Shown here piece by piece: positions 1-13,566 of a stretch of 64,000 nt of DNA. The translations under genes and the position numbers were made by a program. The notes under the pieces are model-generated. The model was given only the letters and a program-made list of their open reading frames with translations, had not been told where the DNA came from and made no database searches. Positions within the stretch are counted from its first letter, which is position 1; the number at the start of each line of letters is the position of its first letter. This stretch comes from Bilabrum cf. latius (lineage: Eukaryota). The stretch lies in assembly GCA_965178125.1 (NCBI GenBank), contig OZ237765.1:496001-560000 (forward strand), written 5' to 3'.

Positions 1-398
1 AGCCTCACAGAGGTGCAGGTGGGCAGCATCCGTACTACGCGGGCGGGGTGCAGCCCTCGGCTGGCTTGCACGGCGTGCGGCCAGGGCTGCACGGGGGGAC
101 CGCTGCGCAGCGAGCGGGGTACATGGCGTGATTTGACACCACTTTGACTTGTGATCTCGTGTCTGTCGCTGCATTGAAATAATAGCACAAATTGTATCTT
201 ATGTTAGCTGTACCAGGCAATACGGCGGGACCCGCAGTTCGATCGGCGGTGCGGGCGGGTCAGAGGGGGTCGCTTGTGGATCAAACGTGGCGGTGGGGTC
301 GTGTTAAGAAGTCAAGATCGTTTGCACGAAAGACTATATTCGGGTCATTCGTGCACAAATGCGATGAAACGCCACGAGCCCAGCTCGCTATGAGCACT

Positions 399-954
399 TC
401 ACTTGCCGCCCTTGGCCAGGTGCTCGTTGAGGGCGGTCAGGTGCATGGACGCCTCGCCGAAGTCGGTCACCACGGCCACGGAGGTCTTGACGACCTTGCG
501 GACCTTGCGCTCCTGGACCTCACCCTCCTCCTCGCCCTCCTCGGGGGCGGCGAACTTGACGAGCCCGCACCACATGCCGAGCTGCTCGCGCTTGGGCACG
601 GCCATGAGGGGGATGTTGTTCTGCTTGCACAGAGCCTTCACCAAGGCCACGATCTGGCCCTCCTGGCAGTCATCGGCGAGGCAGCAGAGACGAGCGGTCT
701 TCCGGTCGAGCTCCTTGACGCACTCGTGCAGTCCGCGGCGCAGGCCATCGGCGATGGCGGCGCGCTGCAGCACGCCCTGAAGGGCCTCCTCGGGGCTCAG
801 CTTCACGGGCGCGGCGGGGGCAGCCTCGGCCTCGATGCCGCCGGCAGCGGCGGTCTCGGGCGTCTCAGCGGGGGGAGCGGTGGTAGCAGGACTGCGATCG
901 CAGGATTTGGTGGAAGCAAGCAATCGACGATGGTTCCACGGTGCGCGATACATG
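399..954 (-). CDS. RPS12: 40S ribosomal protein eS12 (5' end/first exon uncertain)
   Basis: LRRGLHECVKELD..LCCLADDC..LVKALC..IPL..LGMWCGL..RKVVKTSVAVVTDFGE is typical of eS12 (L7Ae family); ends in TGA at 399-401. Confidence 0.92.
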
Positions 955-1635
955 ACAACACGCCCACGGCGCAAGTGGAAAAGTACAAAATGGCAACCAC
1001 ATGAACCTGCCCAAGCAAGTATGAACTCTGATAGTCCATTTCAGTGAAAATTATGTGCGGCCTGCAACAGTAATCGCAACAGCCTGCTGATCCTATGCAG
1101 CGACAGCGCTCATGGTTCTAGCCAGAAGTGGAGAAATTAATAAGCAAACGCCTCACGCATCCTCAGCCATCTTGAAATTCGGCTTCCTCAGATCTCCTAG
1201 GAAAAAATATGCTTCACCGGCTTCGTGGTTCGTCGACCGGATCAGTATACCAGACTTTAACACGTTACAGAAAACCAGCCTACAAAAAACCGCTTCCACG
1301 GCATTCCTCTACACTAGGTGAGACGATTGCTATCATAATGTATCTTGAATGTTACTACAACTATATCGGACTTGTTGTGGATGGTTGGGGACTGAACACG
1401 GGCTGGTTGCTTGATCGGTGGTTCTTTCGTCCGATCCAAGCGGCCGTTCCAATGATCCACCCCACCCAAATTGCGATGATTTTGTGCACCTTAGCATTGC
1501 GCTGGGATTATATGCAATCATGCTGTGGATTTTGGATATCCAACGCTTGTCTACCCGCGCTACGATGCATCACACGGGGGTGCAGCAGTGTTTCTGAGTC
1601 CACAACGGTTCTTTACCTCCCATCGCAGCCCAGCC

Positions 1636-3323
1636 ATGCTCACAGCCCTGGTAGCTGTTTCGGCACTAGCCGCCGTAGGAAGCTGCAGCCCCCTCTGGGA
1701 CTACGTCAACGATCCGGCGTCCAAGGCGAACTACTCGTACTTCGATACGGGCTACAAGCTGAACGGCACCGCCCTCAACGGCGTGAACTGGACGGGGAAC
1801 CTGCTCAACATGACGAGCGGGAACTGGATCACCCCCGAGTACTCGGACAAGTACACGTGGACCCACCAGGCCTTCGTCGTGGTGCCCGAGCACATCCAGT
1901 CCACGGAGCACGCCGCCATCTACGTGACGGGAGGCGGCAACGGGGACGGCCCCCCAACGGAGGACTCCGAGGACGTCCTTTTCTGCGTGGCGATCGCCAC
2001 CATCGTGGGCACCCCCTGCACCACCCTATGGCAGATCCCCAACCAGCCAATCCACTTCGCGGGAGACCCCTCGAGGGGGCGCGGCGAGGACGCTGCAGTG
2101 GCCTACACCTGGGCCGACGTCCTCAACCGCACCAAGGCCGGGCTGCCCTACGAGCCGGAGAGGATCATCTACATGCCGATGACCCGCGCGGTGTCTAGGG
2201 CCATGGACGCCACCACGGACTATCTGAACAAGAAGAGGGGCTTGGCACCCTCCAAGTACCTGATCAGCGGTGCTTCTAAGAGAGGCTGGATCACATGGCT
2301 GACCGGGGCCACGGACAGCCGCGTGGTCGCAATCGCGCCCATCGTGATGGACTTGATGCACTTCAAGGAGACCATCAACCACATGCACGGCAACTACGGC
2401 GGGTTCACCTTTGCCTTCAAGGACGTGAGAGAGAGCGAGCCAGCGAGCACCAGTTGCCGCTCGCTGCTCCTGATGGTGCAACACCCATGCCGCGCCGCCC
2501 CTCGTTTTCAAAGCACCTTCCCGTCAGCGCATTTAATTCCTTTTGTCTCTCTATTTCCATTATTTTCTTCCTCCCGCAGTACTGTGAGGAGGGCGTGACC
2601 TCGTACCTGAACCAGCCCGAGCTGCCATCCCTCACCGACGTGATCGACGTGATCAACTACATCGACAACATCACCATGCCCGCCCTGGTGATCGATGCCA
2701 CGGGTGACGAGTTCTTCCAGGACGATGACGACTACACGTGGTGGTCCGAGATCGCGTCCAGGGGCAACTTCTACCGCCTCATGGTATCCAACGCGGAGCA
2801 CTCCTTCGCCACCGGAGTCATCGCCCTCATCAACGGACTCACTCCCTTCTGGCAGTCGGTGGTGGCCGACACGCCCCGCCCCGAGATCTCATGGACCATC
2901 GAGAAGGACACGGGTGCCATCGAGATCCTGTCCAAGCAGAAGCCCGACAAGGTCGTCATCCGGACCGCCGACACCCTCGACGACAAGCGCAGGGACTTCC
3001 GACTCGTCCGAGGGAACACGCCCGCGGACCCCTGCGAGCCCCAGGGTATCCCCATCAACCTCTTCGGCGACGCCTGCGTGGTGCCCATCTTCTGGCTGGG
3101 CCAGGACGTCGGGGCCTACAAGGTGGACAGCGAGGGGTACCACTACAGGCTGACGGCCGACCTGCCCGCCGACGGGAAGTGGAGGGGCTTCTTGGGTGAG
3201 CTGTACTTCCCTACTCCCAAGGAGGGTGTGCACAGCTTCGCGCTGACGACGCAGATCAGCATCATCCCCCAGACGAGGCCGTTCGGGGACTGCACGGGCA
3301 ACTGCTCGTGCATCCTCGTGTGA
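1636..3323 (+). CDS. Secreted PqaA/AprA-family alpha/beta hydrolase, 2 exons (intron 2425-2579)
   Basis: Signal peptide MLTALVAVSALAAV; motifs QIPNQPI, EDAAVAYTW, PMTRAVSRAMD, GASKRGWITW, DEFF, NAEH; a GT..CAG intron joins FKD|YCEEG; TGA stop. Confidence 0.88.
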
Positions 3324-5822
3324 GCGAGCGGCGATTGTAGGGGCCTAGCTGTTTGGCGCGGGGGGGGCACTTTCATGGTCTCGGATATGTCGCAATGGCA
3401 TATGGCCGAGGCGTGATAGTGGTCGTATTATCTTGCGTTGAGAATTGAGGAATGGTAAAGCGGGCCTGTTGGGCGTGCTGCCACTGGTACCCGCACAGCC
3501 TTAGGGGAGGGAGGTCCAGCAGACGCCTATCGCAAACCAGCTCCCATCCGTGGCTTGGCGGTCAGGGCGCAGACGAATCGCGTGGCAGACGTTGTAGCGC
3601 TGTCATTTGGTCTGCGCTAGCCTGTTTTAGGATTGGAGACTGTTGCGAATCAAGACATAGACTTCTGCTGCATGCACGCCTTGCAACTTACGCTTCAGCC
3701 ACCATCCTTTAGCCTTGGCAATTGATGCGATTCCCACAGGAACGCGAGATCTTGCGGAGCAAGCAAAGCACGACCGTCGGCTTGGACTTGTCACCAATTC
3801 GCCTAACAAGTGTGTCATCATCTTCTTCCGCCTCCGATTTGTTGTACGTGTATGGACACGAAAAATAGAAGCAGATTAAAACCGCCGGCGGAAAACGGAA
3901 TTGCCCGGGCCGACGACCATGACGGGCAGCGAAGGGTGAGGCCCTCGGGATCGAAGATGAGGCCAGAGGTGGAAGCTCCTGAGCTCGCTATTTTTTTCAA
4001 GCAACTAGAAGCATAATTTGAACCTTTGTTTTATCACAATCATGCGGTTTTCTTTGCCTATACCTAATTTTCCCGAGAGTAAATCGACAAGTTGCAGTTC
4101 GGCACAGCGGTCCGAATCGTGGCCGGACTCGCCATTCCGCGATGATATCCGTTCTTAGCATGCCAGCCATCGAAAGATTTTAACCACACCATACAGCTAA
4201 CACTTCAGCAATAGCATGTGCGCGGCGGCAAAATACCGAACTCATTGCTCGTGGTGTAGTTGCAGCGTTCCGGATTGATGAGCCACCGATTTTTGGGGTG
4301 CACAGAGAAGTAACTTCAAAGCAAGGCTACTAGTTACATACTCAAATATTTCAGAAACAAGATGCACTTTTTAGAACTTCACTCGGTGTAAAATTCATCT
4401 AGAAAAACGGAAACATATGACATGGTGTTCTCGGCCAGATTTCCCGCTCTAGGTTCGGCGGCTCCAGTCCGGATTGACGAGCCTTCACCCTAGTGGCCGT
4501 GCTCTAACCTTCCTTAACAGTCATATTCGTACACCATTGGACTAGTTGGGTCTTGTGAAGCATATAGAGGAAGTCGCATGTTGGAGTGCTGCCGAATGCG
4601 TCTCACAGACAACGATAGCGAACCATACCTGCTAGCCCGTGCATGAGAGAGCCATGTTGCACGAAATTCTTAGACTTGGCGCAACGCATAAGTACAATGC
4701 TCAGAATAGATACGTGCCCGCTGATCAAACACCATACGAAAGCAACTGGTGCGACTATTGCCAACGGCAACTACCTGACACGCCAGCTAGACTCTGTACT
4801 GGGGTGACTACGATGATTTCTCCTCGTCTGAATCTGCAGTGCCTTGGCGTTTTTTGCCACTTGCAGTCTTTCGCTTGATGCTCGACTTGGTGTGCCGTTG
4901 CTGGGGAGCGTCGCCTACGTGACGGCGCAAAACGCCGGCTGCACGTACTCCAGTGCAAGCATAGAACAAAGGGATAGAGCTGCACCATCCACTGGCTGGT
5001 ATCACAACGGGCGATTTCATCGAAGAGCTCAACACGGAGGCGGCGGTGGGAGAAGACTTTGCCATCGTAGCGGTGGGGTGACTTCGCAGCGCCAAGAGCG
5101 TCTTGGGGCAGTACGTCATCGCCAAGGTGCACCACAAGTGACCAGGCCGTATCTTCGTGATCAGCAACTGCGCAAACGGCTAGCTAGACATCGCCCCGCA
5201 CCGCCGCGAGAGTCTTCCTGCACCGTCAGGAGGAGCCCATCACTGGTAGGCGGAACCACTGGCAGGGCCTGCTCCTGCATTCGCGCGAGCGCCGCCTCGA
5301 GCCTATCCTGCCCATCCTTGACGACGCAGTCGTGTTGTCGCTAGCCCTACCGTACCGGCTCCAGTTGCTGTTGCGACCGTCCGGTTCCGTAACCTGCGCG
5401 GCGCCAGGAAAACATGTAACTGCCAGAATCTTCTGCATCATTACTGCCATAAGGAGCTCCCATCATATCCAGTGTCTTCTGTTTTACTTCTGATAAAGCA
5501 TGCTTTTTTCGATTACCGCGCTTGTACTGTCAGTGGCCGTGCTTTGCCTGGCAAGGCGGCGCCCGGACGGCATCGGATCCCAACAGGTATTGGCTCCCAA
5601 CCACTCCGATTCGGGCTATCCAAGCAGTGAGTAGTACGATCCGTATGTATTCCCAATGCCTATCTGGTCACTTGTCGCAATTCCCTTCTTTGCCGCAAAT
5701 TGTCATCAATTCTACGGAATGCAGGCAAATCATCAAGTCTCGCTAGCGAATCCCATGGTAATGCAGGAGAGGGAGAGTCAAAAACGTCTGCTGGGGGTGC
5801 CAAGGTCCACACCTGTACCCCA

Positions 5823-8800
5823 ATGATGTACTATCTCGAGCCGGAGACGACCGCGGTGCTGTCTATTGCTCGCGCAGCCCGGCAGCAAGAGCCACGACGG
5901 GTGGCTGCGTGCATCGCAGCAGAGGCCACGCACCTGCTGGGCTAGGTCCGCTCCATCATTAAAGAGAACAAGGGGCAGGACGAACAAGAGGACACACGAG
6001 ACAATTCAAACGGCACTGGACACGGCTCAGCTCCCGTTATCCCTGGCACGCCCGACCTCAACGACAGTCCATCCACCAGCCAGCTCCCAACCACTGCCGC
6101 TACCCCCAGCATCGATGCCCTGGTTGGAGCATTGCTTGATCGTGAGTTCAATCGCTCCATGCAGGCTCCATCCCCGGGGACGCTCGTAGTGGTAGAAGCC
6201 ATCCGTGCGCTTGCCATAGCAAGGGGGATCGCAGCCTCGGGCAAGCCAGTGGCAGTAAGCGTCGCCACAGGCAACGCAGGAGAGAGAGACGATGGTATGG
6301 AATTCGATCCCGAGTAGCTGTTCCATTTCGGTCTTGTCATTGGGGGCTATGGCCCGAGACCATCCGCCGGAACAGGCGGGTATGCCGCCCAGCTTGACTT
6401 CAGCCAGACTGCCCTTGACCGTTTCGCCGTGGAGACCCACAAGGCCGCCCCCTCGCATGCGGTAGCCCCCGTGATCACCGTCCTCGAGAACATTCGGTCA
6501 CTCGCAAGGCGCAGCGCCAAGACAGGCTCGTACCGGATCCCCCAGCCTGCCACGATTGCATTCAGTGCCTGCGTGGGCAAGGCAGCCGATGCTATGCTGC
6601 AATCCAACAAGCGCATCAGGCTATTTCACCGGGACCGCCCGGTCAAACTGGCGGGGCGGTCAATTAGGGGGCGCACAAGGAAACAAGGCAGGCGGTCGAC
6701 TGCTGCTGCTGAGACCATGTTGCCTAGTAGTGGTGGCTCCGGCGGCTCTCTGTTGCAGTCGAACTCCACGTCTGCGTTCATGCAGGCAGGCGCTGCATCC
6801 ATGGTCAGAGCCAGGCTGGATGGAGTACACCGCATGAGTGCTTTGTCGGAAGGAGATCACCGCATGGGGGCATCATCAGCTGGGGCCAGTGGGGGTGCTG
6901 CTACTGCTGCAGCAGGCGAGTCCGACGGTGAAATTGGCGGTGATCCGGTCCATTCAAAGTCATCGGGTGGAGGCAGCAAGGGTGAAGTATTCCCTGCAGT
7001 GCCAGGTGCAATGGCTGGGGCTGCGCGGGGCGAGACCGAAGAGGACGAGACCAGGACAGCTGCTGCATCAGAAGCTGGCCTGGGTGCTGGTGCTGGTGCT
7101 GGTGCTGGTTCTGGTGCTGGTGCTGGTGCTGGTGCTGGTGCTGGTGCTGGTGCTGGTGCTGGTGCTGGTGCTGGTGCTGGTGCTGGTGCTGGTGCTGGTG
7201 CTGGTGCTGGTGCTGGTGCTGGTGCTGGTGCTGGTGCTGGTGCTGGTGCTGGTGCTGGTGCTGGTGCTGGTGCTGGTGCTGGTACTGGTGCTGGTGCTGG
7301 TGCTGTTGCTGGTGCTGGTGCTGGTGCTGGTGCTGGTGCTGGTACTGGTGCTGGTGCTGGTGCTGGTGCTGGTGCTGGTGCTGGTGCTGGTGCTGGTGCT
7401 GGTGCTGGTGCGGGCGCTGATGACCATACGCCTGCCCTAGATTTCACAGGCCGGCACATAGTGATGATTGTGCTCGACACCGGGGTGCATCACGCGTTTG
7501 CAGGCTTTCAATCGCAGCGGGCGTTTGGCACCTACGAAGAAGCTCTGTTTCAAGTGACTGGGGGCCATCCTGCGCTTGGGTCCAGGAGTAGGGTGACCAA
7601 GGGATTCACGATCCCAAAGCCACTCTAGACCACGCTGAGGCCAACGATGACTGATGATGAAAGGCGCGTAGCGCATGCAGCCCTGTCCAACCCCAGTGTT
7701 GCATTCGAGACCAGCTTTGATAAGGACCTTCACGGAACCACCGTTGCCATGTATGCCGCCGAGGATCTCGAGAGCATCATCGTCCCGATCAAGGTGATCA
7801 GCTACGAATGGGGGGAAGATCTTGCCAGGCATCCGTACTGGGAACACAAGAGGAGGGGGAAGAAAGCTCAGGGAGAGGCTGCGTCGGAAGGTGAAGAAAT
7901 AGTCGCTGCTGCTGGAGGCTCCGGTGCTGCTGGGTCTGGCACTGCTGGTGTCGCTGACGTGGTGTCCGATGCAAGTGCGGTGACTTCCAGTGAATCTAGA
8001 TCCCGCGGCGCCGAGGGCGCTGGTCAATCTCGTGAACGAGCTGAGTATAGTAAAATGACAGCATTCCAGTCCTTCGTGGGGTGGGGCATGGCTAAAGCCC
8101 ACAGGGTGGCACAGGAGGTAAACGAAGCAGCAGAAGCACGGTGGGGCTCTGCTTTCCGGAAAGGTGCAGTCCTCGGCATTCTGCAGATGTCGTTGGCAGA
8201 CTACTGTGCAGATGGAACGCCCAGAGACAGGTGCAATGAGATCAAGAGAGAAATTAAGGTTTTAGTCCAAGATCTCCTTGGCCTAGGCATAGTCTCAGTG
8301 GCAGCAGCTGGCAACGACAATAGTAAAGCATCAGACTACTACCCGTGCGCGATCGAAGATGTTATCTGCGTCGGATCTCATGACACGCCGAATCCAGCCA
8401 GTGGTGGCACACATATGTCCTACCACTCTAACTACGGGGGCAGCATCGACCTTCTTGCTCTCGGTAACGACCTCTAGGGGACGTATCTGCTTCGAGGTGT
8501 GCCTACTCGACGCAGTGCCCGAAGTGATTTTGGAACATCCTTTGCTGCGCCGATCGTCTCAAAGACAATCGCAATATTGGCTCAACGAATGAGAATTCTA
8601 CGAGTGACCAATGTGCTGCAGGTGCTCTTTGCTAATGCCAAGGATGAAACGGTTCTCCCGATAATTGACCAAGGTGGTGGCACAGATGTTCAAGCACTTG
8701 CTGAGAAGTATCGAGATGAAACTATCGCCGGGAAAGAAGGAGGAAAGGTAATACTTCGCGACATCGGAACGCCATTGGCACCCCCAACGCCGCCGTGGGT

Positions 8801-9770
8801 AGTTGAACAAGACTATCTCCTTGAAGAGGACTGTTCGAAGTGCAATCCTTCTGCGTGCCATGAGAACCTGAGAGTGTGTACCTGCGGGTGCTTCCAAGAT
8901 CTTGTAGAAGGTGAGTGTGAGGACGTATGGGAGAGTCCAAGGTCCCATGCGCCTCTTGTTCGATACAGCATCAGTACATCTGCGAGCACATCATCCCCTG
9001 CTGGCTGCGTATTGGCTGTGCTTGGCAGCGTTAAACACGAAGCTGGCTCCGTGTCCATGGAGGCCACTGAGGATCTTAGCATTAGTACGGCTAGTATAAA
9101 TCTAGAAGCTGCACACCTTATGGTCTAGAACGGCCTTCTGGTAGAGACCAGAATCAATGAAGAAGTGCTGCAGCACTTCCTGTCGGATTGCTTAGCCCAA
9201 GATCAGTCGGCACACACTGGTGATAGTCCAGGACTGGACGGCGCCCGGGATGAGCTCTTATCTGAGGACGGATCTAGAGTAGAATGCGGATGCGCCGTCA
9301 CAATTCGCATGTCTCTGTGTGGCAAAGGTGATGCAGAAGGGCCAATGGGGGACCAGCCTACACTTCACGCATCAGTTTTTAACGGATGTCCATGGAAGTT
9401 TCGCGAGGCTCAGATGGGAGAGGTGGATACAGTAGGCGTGATGGTTCCGCCGTGCGACGAGCCAGAAAGTGACGGTACAGGCCACATGTCGCTGTGCCTG
9501 GGACCTTCCGCTGGTTGCACTTCTAAACAGCTTGCGCGTGACGGGTATACAGCAATCGATCCTAGCACCCTAGTAGAAAGCCAACGTGGATCAGGACCCG
9601 CCAAGATGTACGTAGAGGTGAAGAAACTGGAGCGACTTCGCAGTTCTGACTTTCGAAGTTTGAAAGTCACTACGAATGTTGAAATGGGTAGATCTATGGG
9701 TGTGGACTCCCCCACAGAGGCTGAATCACCCGGATGCGGATGCTCCGGTTGTTGTTGCGTGGTGTCGTGA
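5823..9770 (+). CDS. Peptidase S8 (subtilase) with (GA)n tract and C-terminal CaaX; ~1315 aa with TAG read as Gln
   Basis: One frame broken only by TAG (5943, 6315, 7626, 8475, 9126); catalytic motifs VLDTG, HGTTVA, AAAGND, GTSFAAP; ends CCCVVS-TGA; start uncertain. Confidence 0.8.
7082..7410 (+). repeat. (GGTGCT)n coding microsatellite encoding poly(Gly-Ala)
   Basis: About 55 tandem hexamers. Confidence 0.95.
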
Positions 9771-9968
9771 CGTGCCAATGGCGTGCTATAGCCCGGGAGA
9801 TCCAAATCAAATTGCTTGGTTGCTTCTACCCTCCGTGTCAGTCTAATAACTAAAGCTCCCCCATCAGGCAGGTTTTGGTAACTATCCCACAGAAAAGGCT
9901 CTATACTATTCACAGGCACTGAAGTAACCGTCCGACGATTGGAGGGACGGTGGGATGGCGCACTCGCT

Positions 9969-11561
9969 TCAACCGAAGCACCCACAACAAGCAGCTCGAT
10001 CAAGATCTGTGCCATCGGATTTCGGAACCCGCTTCACAGTCCCGGAGCCGGAGAAGTAAATCGCACGCCTATTCGATTCCCTCGCCTTTGCTTCCCTTAG
10101 AATCTCCACACAGACAGCATGCCCCCCAGACTCAGCTGCAGACTCCGCGTCCAACCAAATCCCATCCACTTCCATGACTCGGTCCGCGCCCCCAGCCATG
10201 ACCCCTACTCGCAGTCGCTTGGCAAGCTCCAATGGTCGCCCTTCGGCTGCTGCCCGCCACACCAGCGCAGCATCGCGTGCAGCTGTTGCCGCGGCCCGGT
10301 GCTATAGGATTGACCTGATTCGAGATTGCCGAGCCTGGTACGCTTGATACCGTGGGAGCAGCGCGGGCAGGGAGCGCCTCCAGACCCACAGGGGATGCAC
10401 GGTTTTCCAGTCAAAGTACGCAATGTATGGATGGCTTTTCACAGCTGCAAGTACCTTCATGTACTGCCGGGAAGCCTCCGCCTCCCTACCACGGTATTCC
10501 GGCCCGTACAGAATCTCGAAGCTCCGCAGAGTCTTGTTCTAGGCGATTCCTTCACACAGCAGGTCAATGGGACATCGCTTTGGCTCAATAAGGACTTGGT
10601 CTATCGGGTATCCCAACCGCAGCCTCCGGATACTTTGAATATGGGCAATCATTCGAGACACTTGATACACAACCTGCTGCTTCGCCTCCTTCGTGTAAGG
10701 TCTGAAAATGATGGTGACCTGCACCAACGTCTTGCTGCTGATCAATGCATCGCACCAAGCAACGATCTGGGGGGCATCCACATCGCATCGACCGACATCG
10801 AACTGCCTTAAGCTTGTATTCTTGCGGATTGCATCGACCATTGCCGCGTTCCGTTGAAACCGCGTTTCCATCGTCACTGCTTCACGCGGATAGCGAGTCA
10901 GAGGCTCTCGGAGTACTAGAGTTGACAGGCTGCAATCTGGACTGGCCAGCACATCACAAAGGGATTGCACGCACTGCGTGGTCATGCTACCAGCAGCTGT
11001 ATGGGTGATGAGTAGCGAGCTCAAGGAGGTTGCTCTGCCAGCATGAAGCATGCACTGTGAAAGGGTTTTCATGCAGTCTGCTGCAAACGTACAATAACAA
11101 CAATGCAAGGTCTCAATATGAGGACGATCGCTGGTATGTGACACTAATCCCTTGAGGAGAGTGCAGGCTGAGCTGCTGATCGGTCCGTCAATGAGCCGAA
11201 GCGACTTGAGTCTGCAGCCGGCATCACGAACAAGGAGTGACAATTCCTTCAGTGCGTCCGTATCTTTAGCTGAGTTCAAAGAAATGCTCACAATGGAAAC
11301 GCCACGTCTGACATGCCCAAGAGCCGTCTGCAACGATATGTGCCAGGCACCTCGCGTGTGGTCCTTGCGATGATCAAAAAAAGCGCCGACAGAGTTCGAC
11401 TGCGGGGACCGAGCTGGTGCAATGGTAAAGATAGCATACACATGGCACAACATGCGACTCAAGAAGACATGCCAAATCGACAAGAAAGAAACAATGGCTC
11501 TGACCTCAGCTAGCAGGTTCCTAAGAAGGGGTTTGTAGTTATTTGAGTCGAATGATGCCAT
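9969..11561 (-). CDS. RNI-like leucine-rich repeat protein with ankyrin-like C-terminus (copy A)
   Basis: LxxLxL repeats (LKSLRL, LSTLVL, NTSLRQFDV, NKTLRSF); in-frame TAG at 10539 and 10302 only; likely 99-nt first intron; ends CCGCFG-TGA. Confidence 0.7.
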
Positions 11562-11762
11562 AGTAGCTTCCTGCTGCAATCAATTTACTACCACATGCGT
11601 GCCGTTATTGGTAGAATGCACACAGGAGTAATAGACAAGTTTGCACAAGCTTTAGAACATGTTCCGCTTCGTTTGACGCCGCGCATTGCATTCGGAGCAA
11701 AAATTAGAAACACAAATCGCCCAAGTCGTGAATTGCATCTTAAACCAGAATTCTTTTCCTTT

Positions 11763-12060
11763 CCAGGAGAGGATGGGATGGAGGGCGCTGTGTGGGGCAG
11801 GCCTCCAGGAGAGGACGGGATGGAGGGCGCTGTGTGGGGCAGGCCTCCTGGAGAGGACGGGACGGGGGGCGCTGTGTAGGGCCAGCATCCAGGAGAGGAC
11901 GGGACGGAGGGCGCTGTGTGGGGCAGGCCTCCTGGAGAGGACGGGACGGAGGGCGCTGTGTGGGGCAAGCCTCCAGGAGAGGACGGGATGGAGGGCGCTG
12001 TGTGGGGCAGGCCTCCAGGAGAGGACGGGATGGAGGGCGCTGTGTGCGGCAAGCCTCCGG
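11763..12060 (+). repeat. 42-bp minisatellite, ~7 units
   Basis: CCAGGAGAGGACGGGATGGAGGGCGCTGTGTGGGGCAGGCCT in tandem with no spacers. Confidence 0.93.
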
Positions 12061-12600
12061 ACGACCCCGGAGATGGATGGCCCGAGGAGAGGGGCGAGAA
12101 GAGCACGAGCGGTTTCTATTAGCATGCGGAGCGGACCCTCATGAAGATCGTGCAGGAGGCAACAGGGAGAGATTCATCCAGGGAGATCAGCACTGTGGAA
12201 ACCGAGGACAGGAACGACTCGGTTGACATCATTATCGCGAGGGACGGCGAGAAATCCATCCATGTGGACGTCACCACGTTAGACCCGGCAGCTAGGGAGA
12301 GGCAGTCCGGGAACAAGAGGAGGAAGGAGAAAGGCGACCGGTCGGCCCACAAGTTCAGGTCGATCGCGAAGAGGACCCAGGCCGTCTTCCAGGACTTTGT
12401 TGTTCTACCGACAGGGGGCCTGGGAAGTGGGGCGCGTGGGCTGCTGCGCCTGTTGGCCCGCATCCGTCGGAAGCGGGTGGGAAGGGCCCGTAGTTTGCCA
12501 GAGGAGGCCTAGATCAGGATCAGGATCTGGGCGCGAGAGATCGCCAAAGGAGTTTCCATGCTGAGCGCATGCCGCACGATTCATTTCAACCTTACGGTGC
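12060..12600 (+). mobile_element. Relic of a non-LTR retrotransposon (CRE/R2-type restriction-like endonuclease domain)
   Basis: VDIII..HVDVTTLDP..K..KF..FQDFVVLPTGGLGSGARGLLRLLA matches the PD-(D/E)xK RLE pattern; no reverse transcriptase seen. Confidence 0.55.
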
Positions 12601-13566
12601 GGAACATGTCGGGGCTTCAGGGAACGAGAGTGGCGCAGGAAACGGGTTCAGCAGGAGCTGGGACCCCCGAGGCGGCGCAAGCGGCAGCACGAGCGGAGGT
12701 AGTGTGGGCTGCGATCCCGGCAGGAGCACAACCAGGTGGTGGATCTGGGAGCGCTTGGGACGGCAGGCGGCCTTTACCCTGACCTTGCTGGTCTCTTGCA
12801 TCCCCTAGCACTCGCAGTGGGAGCTCCAGATGTGCAGAACCTCCACGGAGATTCGGCACAGCTGGCAGCTGCTGAGCTTGAGCTGGTCAGTGAGATGTTT
12901 CCTCCCGGTCGAAGTAGCCTTCGGGTGACCAAGCCGATGCAATTTGGGGACCGTCTCCAAATGATCCCCAAATAAGCTTTTGGGGACAGTGACATGTATA
13001 CACGTTACATTTATATATGTCGAAAATCCGTTGCCGCCTAGCACCAGCACGTGCGCGGGGAACAGCGTGTGTACCACACTATGTACTCACGGGTCATGCA
13101 GGACCACTCAAGGATCCTCGATTTTGTCTCGAAGGGATCGAGGAGGGCTGCAGCGAAGGCCAAACGGGCGCTCGCAAGGGCGGTCCGGGAGGACTTTGCC
13201 AGCCTGGCTGTAGGGGCAGCCGAAAACAACAACCTCGCCGTGGCGATCGCCAACGTCAAGGCAGGGTTGGCTCAGAACGGGCAGCAGGACGGGGTGCCGG
13301 CAGCGGGCGCCGGAGGGAACGTGAATGCTGACGCTCCCCAGGGGAACTGGGTCCCCAGGGTGGAGCTTAGGTGGTTCAGGCCATTGCAGCTGAAGCGTGA
13401 AGCCTGGTAGGTCCCGGGTCCTCGTTCCAGATGTTTCTTCGTGATAGCGTGCGCTTTTGAGTTGAGTCCACAAAATATCAGATCCCCCTCGAAAATTGAA
13501 GAAGAACAAAACAGCGGAAAACTGAATTGCCGACGATCATGACGGGCATTTCAGATAGCGGTAACT

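Larger units (their letters stand above)
4491..11727. repeat. Copy A of a ~7.2-kb duplicated cassette (subtilase + LRR gene), inverted relative to copy B
   Basis: Near-identical reverse complement of 40248-47481 in both DNA and ORF translations. Confidence 0.93.

Noticed and set aside
4000-5700. tRNA(CUA) or a transposase in the long intergenic part of the cassette
   Set aside because: No cloverleaf or T-loop consensus recognised; frames contain TGA stops and no recognisable domain
11763-12060. CRISPR array
   Set aside because: Contiguous 42-bp units without unique spacers; eukaryotic context; no cas genes
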